Source of the DNA: Dehalococcoidia bacterium
Lineage (GTDB): Bacteria > Chloroflexota > Dehalococcoidia > Lucifugimonadales > Australimonadaceae
Assembly (NCBI GenBank): GCA_034422595.1
Contig: DAOUJO010000001.1
Location: 491,039 to 555,038, forward strand
DNA length: 64,000 nt
Direction: 5' to 3'
In this document: positions 8,692-18,283 of the stretch, piece by piece
Numbering within the stretch: position 1 is the stretch's first letter
Layout: every line of letters starts with the position of its first letter
Notes under the pieces: generated by a model
What the model was told of the DNA's origin: nothing
Seen by the model: the letters and a program-made list of their open reading frames with translations, nothing else
Database searches by the model: none
Translations under genes and position numbers: made by a program

Positions 8692-9956
8692 GTGTTCGCC
8701 GTCTCTCCGACGTACCAGGACTCGACGGCGTAGCGGATGTCGTCCTCGGCGCCGCTGATGCCGGCTTCCAGCGGGATGAACTTGATCCGCGGCACCTTGT
8801 CCCTGCCGAGCGCCATGTGCTCCGTCGGAACGTTGATGGTCTCCGCCGCTTCCTTACTCCGGAACACGTTCATCGGCTCCCCGCCGTCGGCGACGATCTG
8901 CATCTGCTCGGTCAGCAGCCTGCGGTAGAGGATGATGCCGACGTCGGACTTGCCGAGCCGCTCCAGGTAGCGCTTCGCCACGGGTCCCTGCGTCTCCCAG
9001 GCCATCTTGTCCTGGTCCACCGTGAAGGTGGTGTCGTAGCGGCCTGAGGCGTCGCGGTGCGGGACGTACTTGTAGGGGATGCGCTCCTGCTTCGGCACCG
9101 GCTGCCCCGGCGCGACCCGCCATGAGTAGTAGATGAAGTGCAGCGTGTGCGTGTCGTCTATCGGCACGCGGTACTGGAGCGTCTTGGACTGGAAGCCGCC
9201 CACGTAGAGGATCTGTGGGAAGAGGATGGGGTGGCCGACCTTCCAGTCGTCGTGCTCCCTGGTGTAGCCCTCCAGCACGCGGCGCTTGATGATGCCGTGG
9301 TCGAAGACGTCGAACCCGATCTCCTGGTGCGGGATGCGCGGCGGCATCGTCGCGATGAGGTCGGCCGAGATCGCCTGCTGGTAGTTCGTGTAGAAGCGGT
9401 GCAGCCACTCGACGTGCACCGGGTCCAGCGAGTTCTCCATGCACTGGAGCCAGTTGCAGTCGAGCGTCGTGATGCCCACGTCGTGCACGGCGTCGTCCCA
9501 CTGGAACGGGTCCCAGACGGGCAGGAACGGCGCGGGCGCAGGGCCCATGTACGCGAAGATGAGCCCGCCCATCTCCTGCACCGGGTAGCCGGCGACCTTC
9601 ACCTTCTCCTTGAAGCGTCCGTCCGGGTGGACGGTCTCCTCGAAGGGCTGCTCGATGCACTGGCCGGTCTCATCCATCATCCAGCCGTGGTACATGCAGC
9701 GCAGACCGTGCTCTTCCGGTATGCCGTAGGAGAGGTCGACGCGGCGGTGGGGGCAGAAGCGGTCGATGAGGCCGAGCGTGCCCGACCTGTCCTTGTAGAG
9801 GACGAGGTCCTCGCCGAGGATGCGCACCGCCTTGGTGGGGCGGTCGTCGAGCTCGGCGGTGGCGGCGACGGGATGCCAGTAACGGCGCATCAGTTCGCCC
9901 ATGGGCGTTCCGGCCCCGACCTGCGTGAGGCGTTCGTTCTCCTGCTGGTTCAGCAT
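8688..9956 (-). CDS. Rieske [2Fe-2S] non-heme iron oxygenase, alpha-subunit type
   Basis: Within ORF 8688..10253. Start at ATG 9956 (MLNQQENERLTQVGAGTPMGELMRRYWHPV). Rieske motif CPHRRVDLSYG...CMYHGW. Confidence 0.85.
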   Translation of the reverse strand: MLNQQENERLTQVGAGTPMGELMRRYWHPVAATAELDDRPTKAVRILGEDLVLYKDRSGTLGLIDRFCPHRRVDLSYGIPEEHGLRCMYHGWMMDETGQCIEQPFEETVHPDGRFKEKVKVAGYPVQEMGGLIFAYMGPAPAPFLPVWDPFQWDDAVHDVGITTLDCNWLQCMENSLDPVHVEWLHRFYTNYQQAISADLIATMPPRIPHQEIGFDVFDHGIIKRRVLEGYTREHDDWKVGHPILFPQILYVGGFQSKTLQYRVPIDDTHTLHFIYYSWRVAPGQPVPKQERIPYKYVPHRDASGRYDTTFTVDQDKMAWETQGPVAKRYLERLGKSDVGIILYRRLLTEQMQIVADGGEPMNVFRSKEAAETINVPTEHMALGRDKVPRIKFIPLEAGISGAEDDIRYAVESWYVGETANT

Positions 9957-10017
9957 GACGCGTCCTCCTGTTCTGGCGGGATTGTAGCACCTGGGGTTGG
10001 GGTCAACCCGCCGATGG

Positions 10018-10833
10018 TCACGGTTTGAAGGCGACGGCCTCCCCGAAGCCGATGGCGCCAACCGACCCGGGATGGTCCCGCCACCGGTCCGTGGCAACGC
10101 GCCAGGCCTCGAACTGCTCCTGGGTCGCCAGCCCGTACTTCGTCGCTGCTCCAATGACCTCGTCCGAGAAGAACCAGCCCGTGGCGACGGCGTGGAAGAA
10201 GGCGACGTCCTCCCGGGTGCCGAAGAAATCGAAGGATGCGCCTGCGCGGACATCCGTGAACCCGGCCTCCAACAGGACGTCTGTCAGCTCCTTCCCCATC
10301 TGGGGGTGTCCTCTGTTGGCGGCGATGAGCTGCACGAACGCAGCCCATGCCTCGCTGCTTCCGAAGTCGGGCTCCATGAACGATGCCGTACCGATCATCT
10401 CGCGGCTGGCGATCATGCCGCCGGGCTTCAGCACCCGCTTCACTTCGGCCAGGACCGCCTGCGTGTCCGGAACGTGCATCAGCACCGCGTGGCAGTGGGC
10501 GACGTCGAACGAGTCGTCCTCGAACGGCAGCGCCGTGACGTCGCCGACGTGGAACGTCGCGTTGGCGTGTCCCCCCGCCCCGGCAGCGGCACGCGCCATG
10601 AGGATCTGCGACTCTTCGAGGTCGATCCCGTGCAACTCGCCGGGCTCGATCGCCTTCGCGAGACCGACCGAGATGGTGCCCGGCCCGCAGCCGAAGTCCA
10701 GCAGGCGCATGCCCGGTCCGAGGTGCGGGAGCAGGTATGCGGCGTGGCTCTGCGCGCTGCGCCGGTGCAGCATCCGCAGGAACTCTTCGCTGTAGCCCAT
10801 CGTGTACTCGGGGGTCTGTGGGTCGTCTGCCAT
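10018..10833 (-). CDS. Class I SAM-dependent methyltransferase
   Basis: ORF 10018..10833. Motif I LLDFGCGPG. AGGAG lies upstream of the ATG. Confidence 0.8.
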   Translation of the reverse strand: MADDPQTPEYTMGYSEEFLRMLHRRSAQSHAAYLLPHLGPGMRLLDFGCGPGTISVGLAKAIEPGELHGIDLEESQILMARAAAGAGGHANATFHVGDVTALPFEDDSFDVAHCHAVLMHVPDTQAVLAEVKRVLKPGGMIASREMIGTASFMEPDFGSSEAWAAFVQLIAANRGHPQMGKELTDVLLEAGFTDVRAGASFDFFGTREDVAFFHAVATGWFFSDEVIGAATKYGLATQEQFEAWRVATDRWRDHPGSVGAIGFGEAVAFKP

Positions 10834-10860
10834 CGAACGTACTCCTGTTCCGGGTTTAGC

Positions 10861-10920
10861 CCTGAGAGATGTTTCGACTCCGCCTCAGGCTGCGCCTTCG
10901 GCTACGCTCAACATGACAGG
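10861..10920. repeat. Short GC-rich interspersed repeat (GAGAGAT...TCGACTCCGC...CTCAACATGACA family)
   Basis: cctgagagatgtttcgactccgcctcaggctgcgccttcggctacgctcaacatgacagg shares its cores with the units at 19582-19615 and 19641-19686. Confidence 0.6.
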
Positions 10921-10923
10921 GCC

Positions 10924-11640
10924 CTACGCATCTTCCACGGCGATGCGGAGGCGCTTGTTGATGCGACCCTTGCTCTCGTGGCCCACGACGCGGATGCGGC
11001 CGACCTCCGAGGTGTCGGCGACGTGCGTGCCGCCGTCCGCCTGCACGTCCAGCCCGGCGATGTCGACGACGCGCACCTCGCTGATGCCCTCCGGCAGCAG
11101 GTTGATCTTCGTGCGGATGAGGTCCGGGTGCGCCATCGCCTCCTCACGCGGCAGGAAGCGGACGCCGATCTCCCGGGCGAGCGCGATCTCCGCGTTCGCC
11201 AGCTCCTCGACGCGCTCGGCGAAGTCGGCGCTCATGCTCTCCAGCTCGAAGTCCATCCGGGCGGCGAGCGGCGTCATGTTGCCGCCCGTGACGTGGGCGC
11301 CGAAGTCGCGCCAGATGACGCCGCAGAGGATGTGCAACGCCGTGTGCGTCCGCATCAGCTCGTGCCGGTGCTGCCAGTTCAGCGTACACATCGCCGCCTC
11401 GCCAACGGCGGGCGCGGAGCCGTCCAGCTCGTGCCAGATGTCGCCGTCGCGGCGCTTCACGGCCACGACCCGCCGCTCGATGCCGCTCTCGCACGCGATC
11501 GTTCCCACGTCGCACGGCTGACCGCCGCCTCCGGGGAAGAACGCCGTCCTGTCGAAAGTCACCGCGTTGTCGTCCGACGCCGTGACCTGCGCGTTGAACC
11601 TGCGCACGTACGCGTCGTGATGGAAGATCTCCTCAGTCAT
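10924..11640 (-). CDS. alaX: AlaX-type alanyl-tRNA editing protein (Thr/Ala-tRNA synthetase second additional domain)
   Basis: ORF 10924..11640. Zinc-binding motifs HTALHIL and GGTHV. Confidence 0.8.
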   Translation of the reverse strand: MTEEIFHHDAYVRRFNAQVTASDDNAVTFDRTAFFPGGGGQPCDVGTIACESGIERRVVAVKRRDGDIWHELDGSAPAVGEAAMCTLNWQHRHELMRTHTALHILCGVIWRDFGAHVTGGNMTPLAARMDFELESMSADFAERVEELANAEIALAREIGVRFLPREEAMAHPDLIRTKINLLPEGISEVRVVDIAGLDVQADGGTHVADTSEVGRIRVVGHESKGRINKRLRIAVEDA

Positions 11641-11644
11641 CGGC

Positions 11645-12991
11645 TCACCCCTCCGCCTTCGTCATGAGGCGCGCTACCTGCTCGACGTTCGGCGCCGAGT
11701 CCAGTTCCCACACCGCGCCGAGCAACTCTTCCACCTGGCTCGCGGGGAGCGCCTCGCCCGCGAGGGAGCGGTACTTCGCCTCGAGCGCCGAGTCGGTCAT
11801 CGGGTTCTCCGGCGACCCGGTCGCGTGCTCAACGTAGATGGAGTGCACCTGCCCGCTCGTGAGCGTGATGGAGAGGCGGACCTCGTCCTCGCGCATCGAT
11901 CCGACGATCGTCGCACTGACCTTCGAGCGCACCGCGCTGATGACCGGGTCGGCGACGCGGGCGTCGGAGAACTGCGCGTCGTGCCCCGCGCCGTCCACGA
12001 GCGCCGCGGCGGCGCAGTGCTGGAACGAGAACTTGCCCTCCAGTCCACGCCTCGGCTCCGCGCGGTTCATCAACTCCAGCACCAGCGGGTTGACCTCCGC
12101 ATCGATGGAGGCCACGTCCTCCGGCGCGATGCCGTGCTCGTTGCGCAGGGTGATCACCGCGTCCTGTATCGGGTGCGAGACGACGCCGTTGGCGTACGGC
12201 TTGAGGCCGTTGTTCGCCAGCTCCCAGCGCGAGCCCAGGCCGGCGAGCAGGGCTTCCTCGCTGTGCCCGTTCGGCGACAGCACCTGCCAGAAGCCGCGTC
12301 GACCGCCCAGGATGTCGTCCGCGCCGGTGAAGCCCTGCGTCGCGAGGCGCGCGGACTGCACCCCGTTGCTGGCCGCCTTCGCGGGGTGCATCGCCTTCGC
12401 GTGGCTGCCGAACACCTCCCGCACGCCGGCCGCGAACGTCCCGGCGATGCCGAGCGCCGTGTTCATGTCGTCCGCGCCGAGCCCGAGCACCCTGCCCGCG
12501 CCCGCCGCGGCGCCGAACACGCCGGCCGTGCCCGTGATGTGCCAGCCCATGTCATAGTGCCACGGGTGCACGGACATCGCCACACGGCACGCCGCCTCGG
12601 CGCCCAGCACGAACGCCGCGAGCGTCTCCCTGCCGGACGTTCCGCGCTCCTCGGCGACGGCGAGCACCGCGGGCCAGACCGGCGCGGTCGGGTGCAGCAC
12701 GGTCGGGAAGTGGGTGTCATCGTAGTCCTGCAGGTGCGCGAGGAAGCCGTTGACCATCGCGGCGTTGAACGCGCTCGTCCGCAGCGACGAGCCGACGACG
12801 GACGCCTTCGGGGCTGCGCCCTCATCGCGCGCCCAGTCGATCAGGGCGTGGCTGCCGGAGTCTGCGGAAGCGGATAGTGAGACTGCGAGTATGTTGACGA
12901 GCGTGCGCTTCGCCTCGTGGAGCATCGACGGAGGCAGGTCCTCCGTGTTCGCGCTCGCGACGTAAGCGGCCAGGGATCGTGTGGCAGACAT
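11645..12991 (-). CDS. MmgE/PrpD family protein (2-methylcitrate dehydratase-like)
   Basis: Within ORF 11645..13072. Start ATG 12991 (MSATRSLAAYVAS...) with GGAGG upstream. Family-typical N-terminus and length. Confidence 0.85.
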   Translation of the reverse strand: MSATRSLAAYVASANTEDLPPSMLHEAKRTLVNILAVSLSASADSGSHALIDWARDEGAAPKASVVGSSLRTSAFNAAMVNGFLAHLQDYDDTHFPTVLHPTAPVWPAVLAVAEERGTSGRETLAAFVLGAEAACRVAMSVHPWHYDMGWHITGTAGVFGAAAGAGRVLGLGADDMNTALGIAGTFAAGVREVFGSHAKAMHPAKAASNGVQSARLATQGFTGADDILGGRRGFWQVLSPNGHSEEALLAGLGSRWELANNGLKPYANGVVSHPIQDAVITLRNEHGIAPEDVASIDAEVNPLVLELMNRAEPRRGLEGKFSFQHCAAAALVDGAGHDAQFSDARVADPVISAVRSKVSATIVGSMREDEVRLSITLTSGQVHSIYVEHATGSPENPMTDSALEAKYRSLAGEALPASQVEELLGAVWELDSAPNVEQVARLMTKAEG

Positions 12992-13152
12992 GAGTATCGG
13001 GCCTCCGTAGGAGAAAGTACGGAGGGGAGTATAGCGGGTGCAGTGATGAACAGTGGCGAGCGCGTAGACCAACGCTCACAGACGCGCACGCCTCTCCCCC
13101 GCCGCTTACCGGCAGGGAGAGGGGCGCGTTTCCGGAGGAGGAATCGAGGCGC

Positions 13153-13644
13153 TTAGCGGGACAGGCTGACCGCAGGCAGCAGGGCGCGCTGGCCCGCGTG
13201 GATCTCGTTCAGCATGTTGGAGACGTGCTCTTCCAGCGTGTGGAGGCAGTCGCGGCTGTAGTCGTCCGCGCCGTCGCGGCGCCGCTGGGCCTCCTGCTCC
13301 GCGAGGCTGATGATCCGGTCGGCCTTGCTGTTGGCGTCCTGGATGATCTCCTCCGAGCGCTGCTGGGCAGCCTTCACCAACTCCGTCTCATCGACGAGCA
13401 GCCGGGCGTCGCCCTCGGCGGTGGAGCGGATGCGGCGGGCGTCGATCATCGTCTGGTTGACGATCTGCTCGCGGCGCTCGATCAGCTCCTGCGCCTCGTG
13501 GATGCTGCGGGGCACCGCCACGCGGAGCTGGTCGATCATGCTGAGCATCTGCTCCGTGTCCACCATGGACATGCTCGTCATCGGCATCTTCTTGGACTGA
13601 GCCGCCATGCTCTCCAGCCGGTCCACCAGGTCCAGTAACTCCAT
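13153..13644 (-). CDS. Coiled-coil protein of unknown function (DivIVA-like or ATP-synthase-b-like heptads)
   Basis: ORF 13153..13644. AGGAGG upstream. Highly charged helical sequence. Function not recognised. Confidence 0.55.
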   Translation of the reverse strand: MELLDLVDRLESMAAQSKKMPMTSMSMVDTEQMLSMIDQLRVAVPRSIHEAQELIERREQIVNQTMIDARRIRSTAEGDARLLVDETELVKAAQQRSEEIIQDANSKADRIISLAEQEAQRRRDGADDYSRDCLHTLEEHVSNMLNEIHAGQRALLPAVSLSR

Positions 13645-13671
13645 GACTTCCTCCTTGGTTCCTTGATCCTG

Positions 13672-14157
13672 TTATCTCTGTTGTCCGAAGCGCTCCGCGA
13701 GCGCTGCGATCACGTTGTCCGGTGCAAGTCCCCGTATGTCGCCGCCGAGCATGGCCACCTCCTTGAGCAGAGAGGCCCGCACGAACTGGTAGCGTCCGTC
13801 CGTCATCAGGCAGACCACGTCCACGTTGGGCGCGAGCTTCCGGTTCATCAGCGCCATCTCGAACTCCGACTCGAAGTCCGCGTGCATCCTGATGCCCCGC
13901 ACGATGGCCGTCGCTCCCTGGGCCTGCGCGTAGTCCACGACGAGGCCGCTGAAGCTCCGCACCTCCACGTTCGACAGCCCGGCGGCGGCTTCCCGTATCA
14001 GCTGGACGCGCTCCTCCGTGGAGAACATCGTCTGCTTCTGCGGCGCCTCGAACACCGCCATGACGACCTTCTCGAAGAGATAGGAGGCCCGCTGGAGGAT
14101 GTCCAGGTGTCCCGCGGTGACCGGGTCGAAGCGGCCGGGGTAGATCGCCGTCGTCAT
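13672..14157 (-). CDS. coaD: Phosphopantetheine adenylyltransferase
   Basis: Within ORF 13672..14220. Start ATG 14157: MTTAIYPGRFDPVTAGHLDIL. Confidence 0.92.
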   Translation of the reverse strand: MTTAIYPGRFDPVTAGHLDILQRASYLFEKVVMAVFEAPQKQTMFSTEERVQLIREAAAGLSNVEVRSFSGLVVDYAQAQGATAIVRGIRMHADFESEFEMALMNRKLAPNVDVVCLMTDGRYQFVRASLLKEVAMLGGDIRGLAPDNVIAALAERFGQQR

Positions 14158-14690
14158 GCCGCAGCCTCCGCGCGGCTGTAGAACGCCAGCGACACGTCGC
14201 CGTAGCGGCGGTCGTCCCACTTCAGGAGCGTGCCGCAGCGGTCGTCCGCGGCGGTACGGCTGGAGTGGCCGCAGACCAGGATGCCTTCATCCCGCAGCAG
14301 ACCGGCCTCGCCGATGCGCGTGATGAGGGCGACGGGGAACGGCTGCGTGTACGGCGGGTCCATCAGCAGGAAGTCGCAGCGGCCCAAACGGTCGAGGGCG
14401 TCCTCGGCGCGCGCCGCGTGAACGTCCGCCCTGTCCGCGAACCCCGCTGTCTGCAGGTTGGCCTTGATCACTGCTATCTGCCTCCGGTCTGCCTCGACGA
14501 ACCCGGAACGGGCCGCTCCCCGGCTGAGAGCCTCGATGCCCAGGGAGCCTGTTCCCGCGAAGAGGTCTGCGACGTGAGAGTCCTCGATCCCGTACCGAGC
14601 GAGGATGTTGAACAACGCGCTCCGCACTCTGTCGGTCGTGGGTCTCACGCCGGGCGCCCTGGGCGAACTCAGCGGTACGCCTCTTGCCAT
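14154..14690 (-). CDS. rsmD: 16S rRNA (guanine966-N2)-methyltransferase
   Basis: ORF 14154..14690: RPTTDRVRSALFNIL, DLFAGTGSLGIEALSRGA, LMDPPY. 4-nt overlap with coaD. Confidence 0.88.
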   Translation of the reverse strand: MARGVPLSSPRAPGVRPTTDRVRSALFNILARYGIEDSHVADLFAGTGSLGIEALSRGAARSGFVEADRRQIAVIKANLQTAGFADRADVHAARAEDALDRLGRCDFLLMDPPYTQPFPVALITRIGEAGLLRDEGILVCGHSSRTAADDRCGTLLKWDDRRYGDVSLAFYSRAEAAA

Positions 14691-14845
14691 TCCGCCCGTT
14701 ATCCGCAGCGCCGCTCCCCTGTCCGGCAGGTCGTCCTGCCGCCTGAAACTCTTGGCACAAAGTCTAGACTTCGTTTGAATCTCTGTTCAATGAAACTAGC
14801 TCGCAGGGTTAGGGGGGTTTCCCGCAGCGCTTCCGCGCGCTGACG

Positions 14846-14874
14846 TTTACTTACCCGCGGGCTACGGATAGAAT
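14846..14874 (+). promoter_or_regulatory. Candidate promoter for greA-lysS-serS (TTTACT-N17-TAGAAT)
   Basis: Hexamers read at 14846-14851 and 14869-14874 in the 259-nt divergent intergenic region. Confidence 0.3.
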
Positions 14875-14949
14875 AGGCGGGCCGGGCGCCTCGCAGCGGG
14901 AACCCCCACGAGCGCCCGGCTTTCTCCCAACATACCGGAGGGCTGCTCC

Positions 14950-15429
14950 ATGGCCTTAGAAGGGACCTACCTGACGACCGCCGGGCTCCACGAGCTCGAA
15001 GAGGAGCTCGACCAGCTCCGCAGCGTGCGGCGCCAGGAAGTGGCCGAACGCATCCAGGACTCCAAGGAAGTCGGAGAGCTGGAGAACGCCGAGTACGAGG
15101 AAGCGAAGAACGAGCAGGCGTTCGTGGAAGGCCGTATCCAGGAGCTGGAGATGATGATCGCGAACGCCGTCATCATCCCCGACCACACCCAGGCCGGGGC
15201 CAGTTCCGACATCGTCGAGCTCGGCTCCATCGTCGCGGTACAGATGGGGAAGGGGAAGAAGGCCGACACCTACACCATCGTCGGCAGCACGGAAGCCTCC
15301 CCCACGGACGGGCGCATCTCCAACGAGTCCCCGCTGGGGAAGGCGCTCCTCGGCAAGAAGGCCGGGCAGAAGGTGGAGTTCAAGACGCCTTCCGGCTCTC
15401 AGTCCATCACCATCGTCTCCGTTCAGTAG
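14950..15429 (+). CDS. greA: Transcription elongation factor GreA
   Basis: ORF 14950..15429. Coiled-coil N-terminus with ENAEYEEAK. GGAGGG upstream. Confidence 0.93.
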   Translation: MALEGTYLTTAGLHELEEELDQLRSVRRQEVAERIQDSKEVGELENAEYEEAKNEQAFVEGRIQELEMMIANAVIIPDHTQAGASSDIVELGSIVAVQMGKGKKADTYTIVGSTEASPTDGRISNESPLGKALLGKKAGQKVEFKTPSGSQSITIVSVQ

Positions 15430-15456
15430 AACGGAACCTCTCAACCGGAGACGCCG

Positions 15457-16947
15457 ATGCCCCAACGCGGAGACGAGTTGCTCGCCAGCCGCCGAGCCAA
15501 GCTGGAGCGGCTGCGCCAGCGCGACATAGACCCCTACCCCGCCCGCTTCCACCGAACACACACGACGGCTGAGGCCGCGCGCGCCTTCACCGACGCCGAA
15601 GCCGCCGGCAGCGACGGCCCCGCCGCCACCATCGCCGGACGCATCGTGCGCCTGCGCCGCATGGGCAAGGCGTCGTTCGCGGACGTCGAGGACTCGGAGG
15701 GGCGGCTGCAGCTGTTCATCCGCAGCGACGCGCTCGGCGGCGACTACGCGCTGGTGGACGACCTCGACCTCGGCGACTTCGCGGGCGCGTCCGGCACGCT
15801 GATCCGCACGAAGATGGGCGAGATATCGCTCGCCGTGGAGAGCCTCACACTGCTGGCGAAGGCGCTCCGGCCCCCGCCGGAGAAGTTCCACGGCCTGCGC
15901 GACGTGGAGCAGCGCTACCGCCAGCGCTACCTGGACCTGATCTCCAACCGCGAGGTGCACGAGACGATGCGCGCGCGCAGCCGCATCATCTCCGCCATCC
16001 GCGCCTTCTTCGACGCGCGCGGCTTCCTGGAGGTGGACACGCCGGTGCTCGTGCCCATCCCCGCCGGAGCGATGGCCCAGCCGTTCGTCACCCGGCACAA
16101 CGCGCTCGACCGCGAGATCTACCTGCGCATCGCGACGGAGCTCTACCTGAAGCGCCTCATCGTCGGGGGCATGGACAAGGTCTACGAGATAGGCCGCGTC
16201 TTCCGGAACGAGGGCATCGACGCCTCCCACAACCCGGAGTTCACCTCGCTCGAATCGTACGAGGCGTACGCCGACTACAACGACGTGATGCGGCTGGTCG
16301 AGACGCTCGTGCCGCAGGTCGCCCTCGAGGTCACCGGCGGCACGAACATCGAGTACGGCGGCGAGGTCATCCGGCTGACCGGGCCGTGGCCGCGCGTTTC
16401 GCTCCATGACGCCATCGAGCAGTACGCGGGCGTGAACCTCGACGACCACCCGGACGCCGCATCGCTCGCGGACCGGATGCGCGCCATCGGTGTCGCCGCC
16501 ACCTACGCGGAGAGCCGGGGCAGGCTCATCGACAAGCTCGTCGGCACGTTCGTCGAGCCGAAGCTGGTGCAGCCCGCGTTCCTCGTCGACTACCCGGTCG
16601 AGATGTCGCCGCTCGCGAAGGCGAGCCCGGACAATCCGCGCTACACCGAGCGCTTCGAGGCGTTCGCCGCCGGCATGGAGATCGCCAACTCGTTCACCGA
16701 GCTGAACGACCCGGACGTGCAGCGCGACCGCCTCGCCGAACAGGAGGAGATGCGGAAGCAGTACCAGGGCGAGGACCTGGACCGGATGGACGAGGACTTC
16801 CTCACCGCGCTGGAGCACGGCATGCCGCCCACCGGCGGGCTCGGCATCGGCATCGACCGGCTCGTCATGATCCTCACCGGCCAGACGACGATACGGGACG
16901 TGATGCTCTTTCCGCAGGTGCGCCACACGGGAGAGGCGGATGCTTAG
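15457..16947 (+). CDS. lysS: Lysyl-tRNA synthetase, class II
   Basis: ORF 15457..16947: YEIGRVFRNEGID, class II motifs, 496 aa. Confidence 0.95.
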   Translation: MPQRGDELLASRRAKLERLRQRDIDPYPARFHRTHTTAEAARAFTDAEAAGSDGPAATIAGRIVRLRRMGKASFADVEDSEGRLQLFIRSDALGGDYALVDDLDLGDFAGASGTLIRTKMGEISLAVESLTLLAKALRPPPEKFHGLRDVEQRYRQRYLDLISNREVHETMRARSRIISAIRAFFDARGFLEVDTPVLVPIPAGAMAQPFVTRHNALDREIYLRIATELYLKRLIVGGMDKVYEIGRVFRNEGIDASHNPEFTSLESYEAYADYNDVMRLVETLVPQVALEVTGGTNIEYGGEVIRLTGPWPRVSLHDAIEQYAGVNLDDHPDAASLADRMRAIGVAATYAESRGRLIDKLVGTFVEPKLVQPAFLVDYPVEMSPLAKASPDNPRYTERFEAFAAGMEIANSFTELNDPDVQRDRLAEQEEMRKQYQGEDLDRMDEDFLTALEHGMPPTGGLGIGIDRLVMILTGQTTIRDVMLFPQVRHTGEADA

Positions 16948-18226
16948 CACGAACCTGCTGCGACGCAGTCCGCAGACCATCGCCCGCTCGCTGGAGCGCC
17001 GCGGTGAGGACTCCGGCGTCGTGGCCGATCTGGCGCGGACGGACGAGCAGTGGCGGCAGGCGCTGAGCGAACTCGAAGACTTGCGCGCGCGCCGGAACGA
17101 GGCGAGCCGCGCCATCGGCGACCTGATGAAGAGCGGCGCGCGCGAGGAAGCCGACGCCCGCAAGGAGGAGGTGCGCGTCCTCGGCGAACGTCTCAAGACG
17201 CTGGAGGACGAGTCACGCACGCTGGAGACCTCGTTCCGCGACACGATGCTCACGCTCCCCAACATCGTCTCGGACGGTGTGCCGGACGGTGAGGACGAGA
17301 CCGGCAACGTGGTCGTCCGGGAGGAGGGCGAGCAGCGCTCCTACGACTTCGAACTGAAGCCGCACTGGGAGCTGTCCGAGTCGCTCGGCGTCACCGACTT
17401 CGAGCGCGGCGCGAAGCTCTCCGGTCGCATGTTCTACGCGCTCGGCGAGGCGGGCGCGCGGCTGCAGCGCGCCGTCGTGCAGTGGATGCTCGACCTGCAC
17501 CGCGAGCGCCACGGCTACGAGGAGCGCGGCGTGCCGTTCCTCGTCCTCGGGCAGACGATGGTGAACAGCAGCAACCTGCCGAAGTTCGCCGACGCGCTCT
17601 ACCGCGACGCGGAAGAGGACCTGTGGCTCATCCCCACGGCGGAGGTGCCGCTCACGAGCCTGCACGCCGACGAGATACTGCCGCCGGGGTCGCTGCCCAT
17701 CAAGTACATGGCGCACACGCCCTGTTTCCGTCGCGAGCGCGCAGCCGCGGGCTCCCAGGTGCGGGGCCTCAAGCGCCTCCACCAGTTCGAGAAGGTGGAG
17801 ATGTACCAGTTCGTCGAGCCGGAGCAGTCGCCCGCCGCGCTGGACGAACTCGTCGAGCACGCGTCGGACATCGTGCGCGGGCTCGGCCTGCCGTTCCGCA
17901 TCCTCCAACTGTGCAGCGGCGACCTCGGTTTCGCGTCGACGCTGAGCTACGACGTGGAGATATGGACACCCGCCAGCGAGGAGTGGCTGGAGGTCAGCTC
18001 GTGCTCGAACTGTACGGACTTCCAGGCGCGGCGCGCCAACATCCGCTACCGGAAGGAGCACGGCGCGCGGCCCGACCTCGTGCACACGCTCAACGGCTCC
18101 GGCCTCGCTCTGCCGCGCGTGCTCATCGCCCTGCTGGAGACGTACCAGCAGCCGGACGGCTCCGTCCGCCTGCCGGACGTACTCGTGCCCTACATGGGCG
18201 GCCAGCAGACGATCGACCCGCTCTGA
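16940..18226 (+). CDS. serS: Seryl-tRNA synthetase
   Basis: ORF 16940..18226. N-terminal coiled coil, TPCFRRE, 428 aa. 8-nt overlap with lysS. Confidence 0.95.
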   Translation: MLSTNLLRRSPQTIARSLERRGEDSGVVADLARTDEQWRQALSELEDLRARRNEASRAIGDLMKSGAREEADARKEEVRVLGERLKTLEDESRTLETSFRDTMLTLPNIVSDGVPDGEDETGNVVVREEGEQRSYDFELKPHWELSESLGVTDFERGAKLSGRMFYALGEAGARLQRAVVQWMLDLHRERHGYEERGVPFLVLGQTMVNSSNLPKFADALYRDAEEDLWLIPTAEVPLTSLHADEILPPGSLPIKYMAHTPCFRRERAAAGSQVRGLKRLHQFEKVEMYQFVEPEQSPAALDELVEHASDIVRGLGLPFRILQLCSGDLGFASTLSYDVEIWTPASEEWLEVSSCSNCTDFQARRANIRYRKEHGARPDLVHTLNGSGLALPRVLIALLETYQQPDGSVRLPDVLVPYMGGQQTIDPL

Positions 18227-18283
18227 CACTCGCCGATTGCCCTCCCGCGACGGCTCGGAGTAGCATCGTCTCGAGGAGGATCG

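Noticed and set aside
13091-13122. Hairpin cctctccc-N16-gggagagg, considered as a terminator downstream of the coiled-coil gene.
   Set aside because: The loop is large (16 nt) and there is no U-tract on the relevant minus strand. It may be another dispersed repeat, but only one arm motif is shared with 63915-63939, so it was not called.
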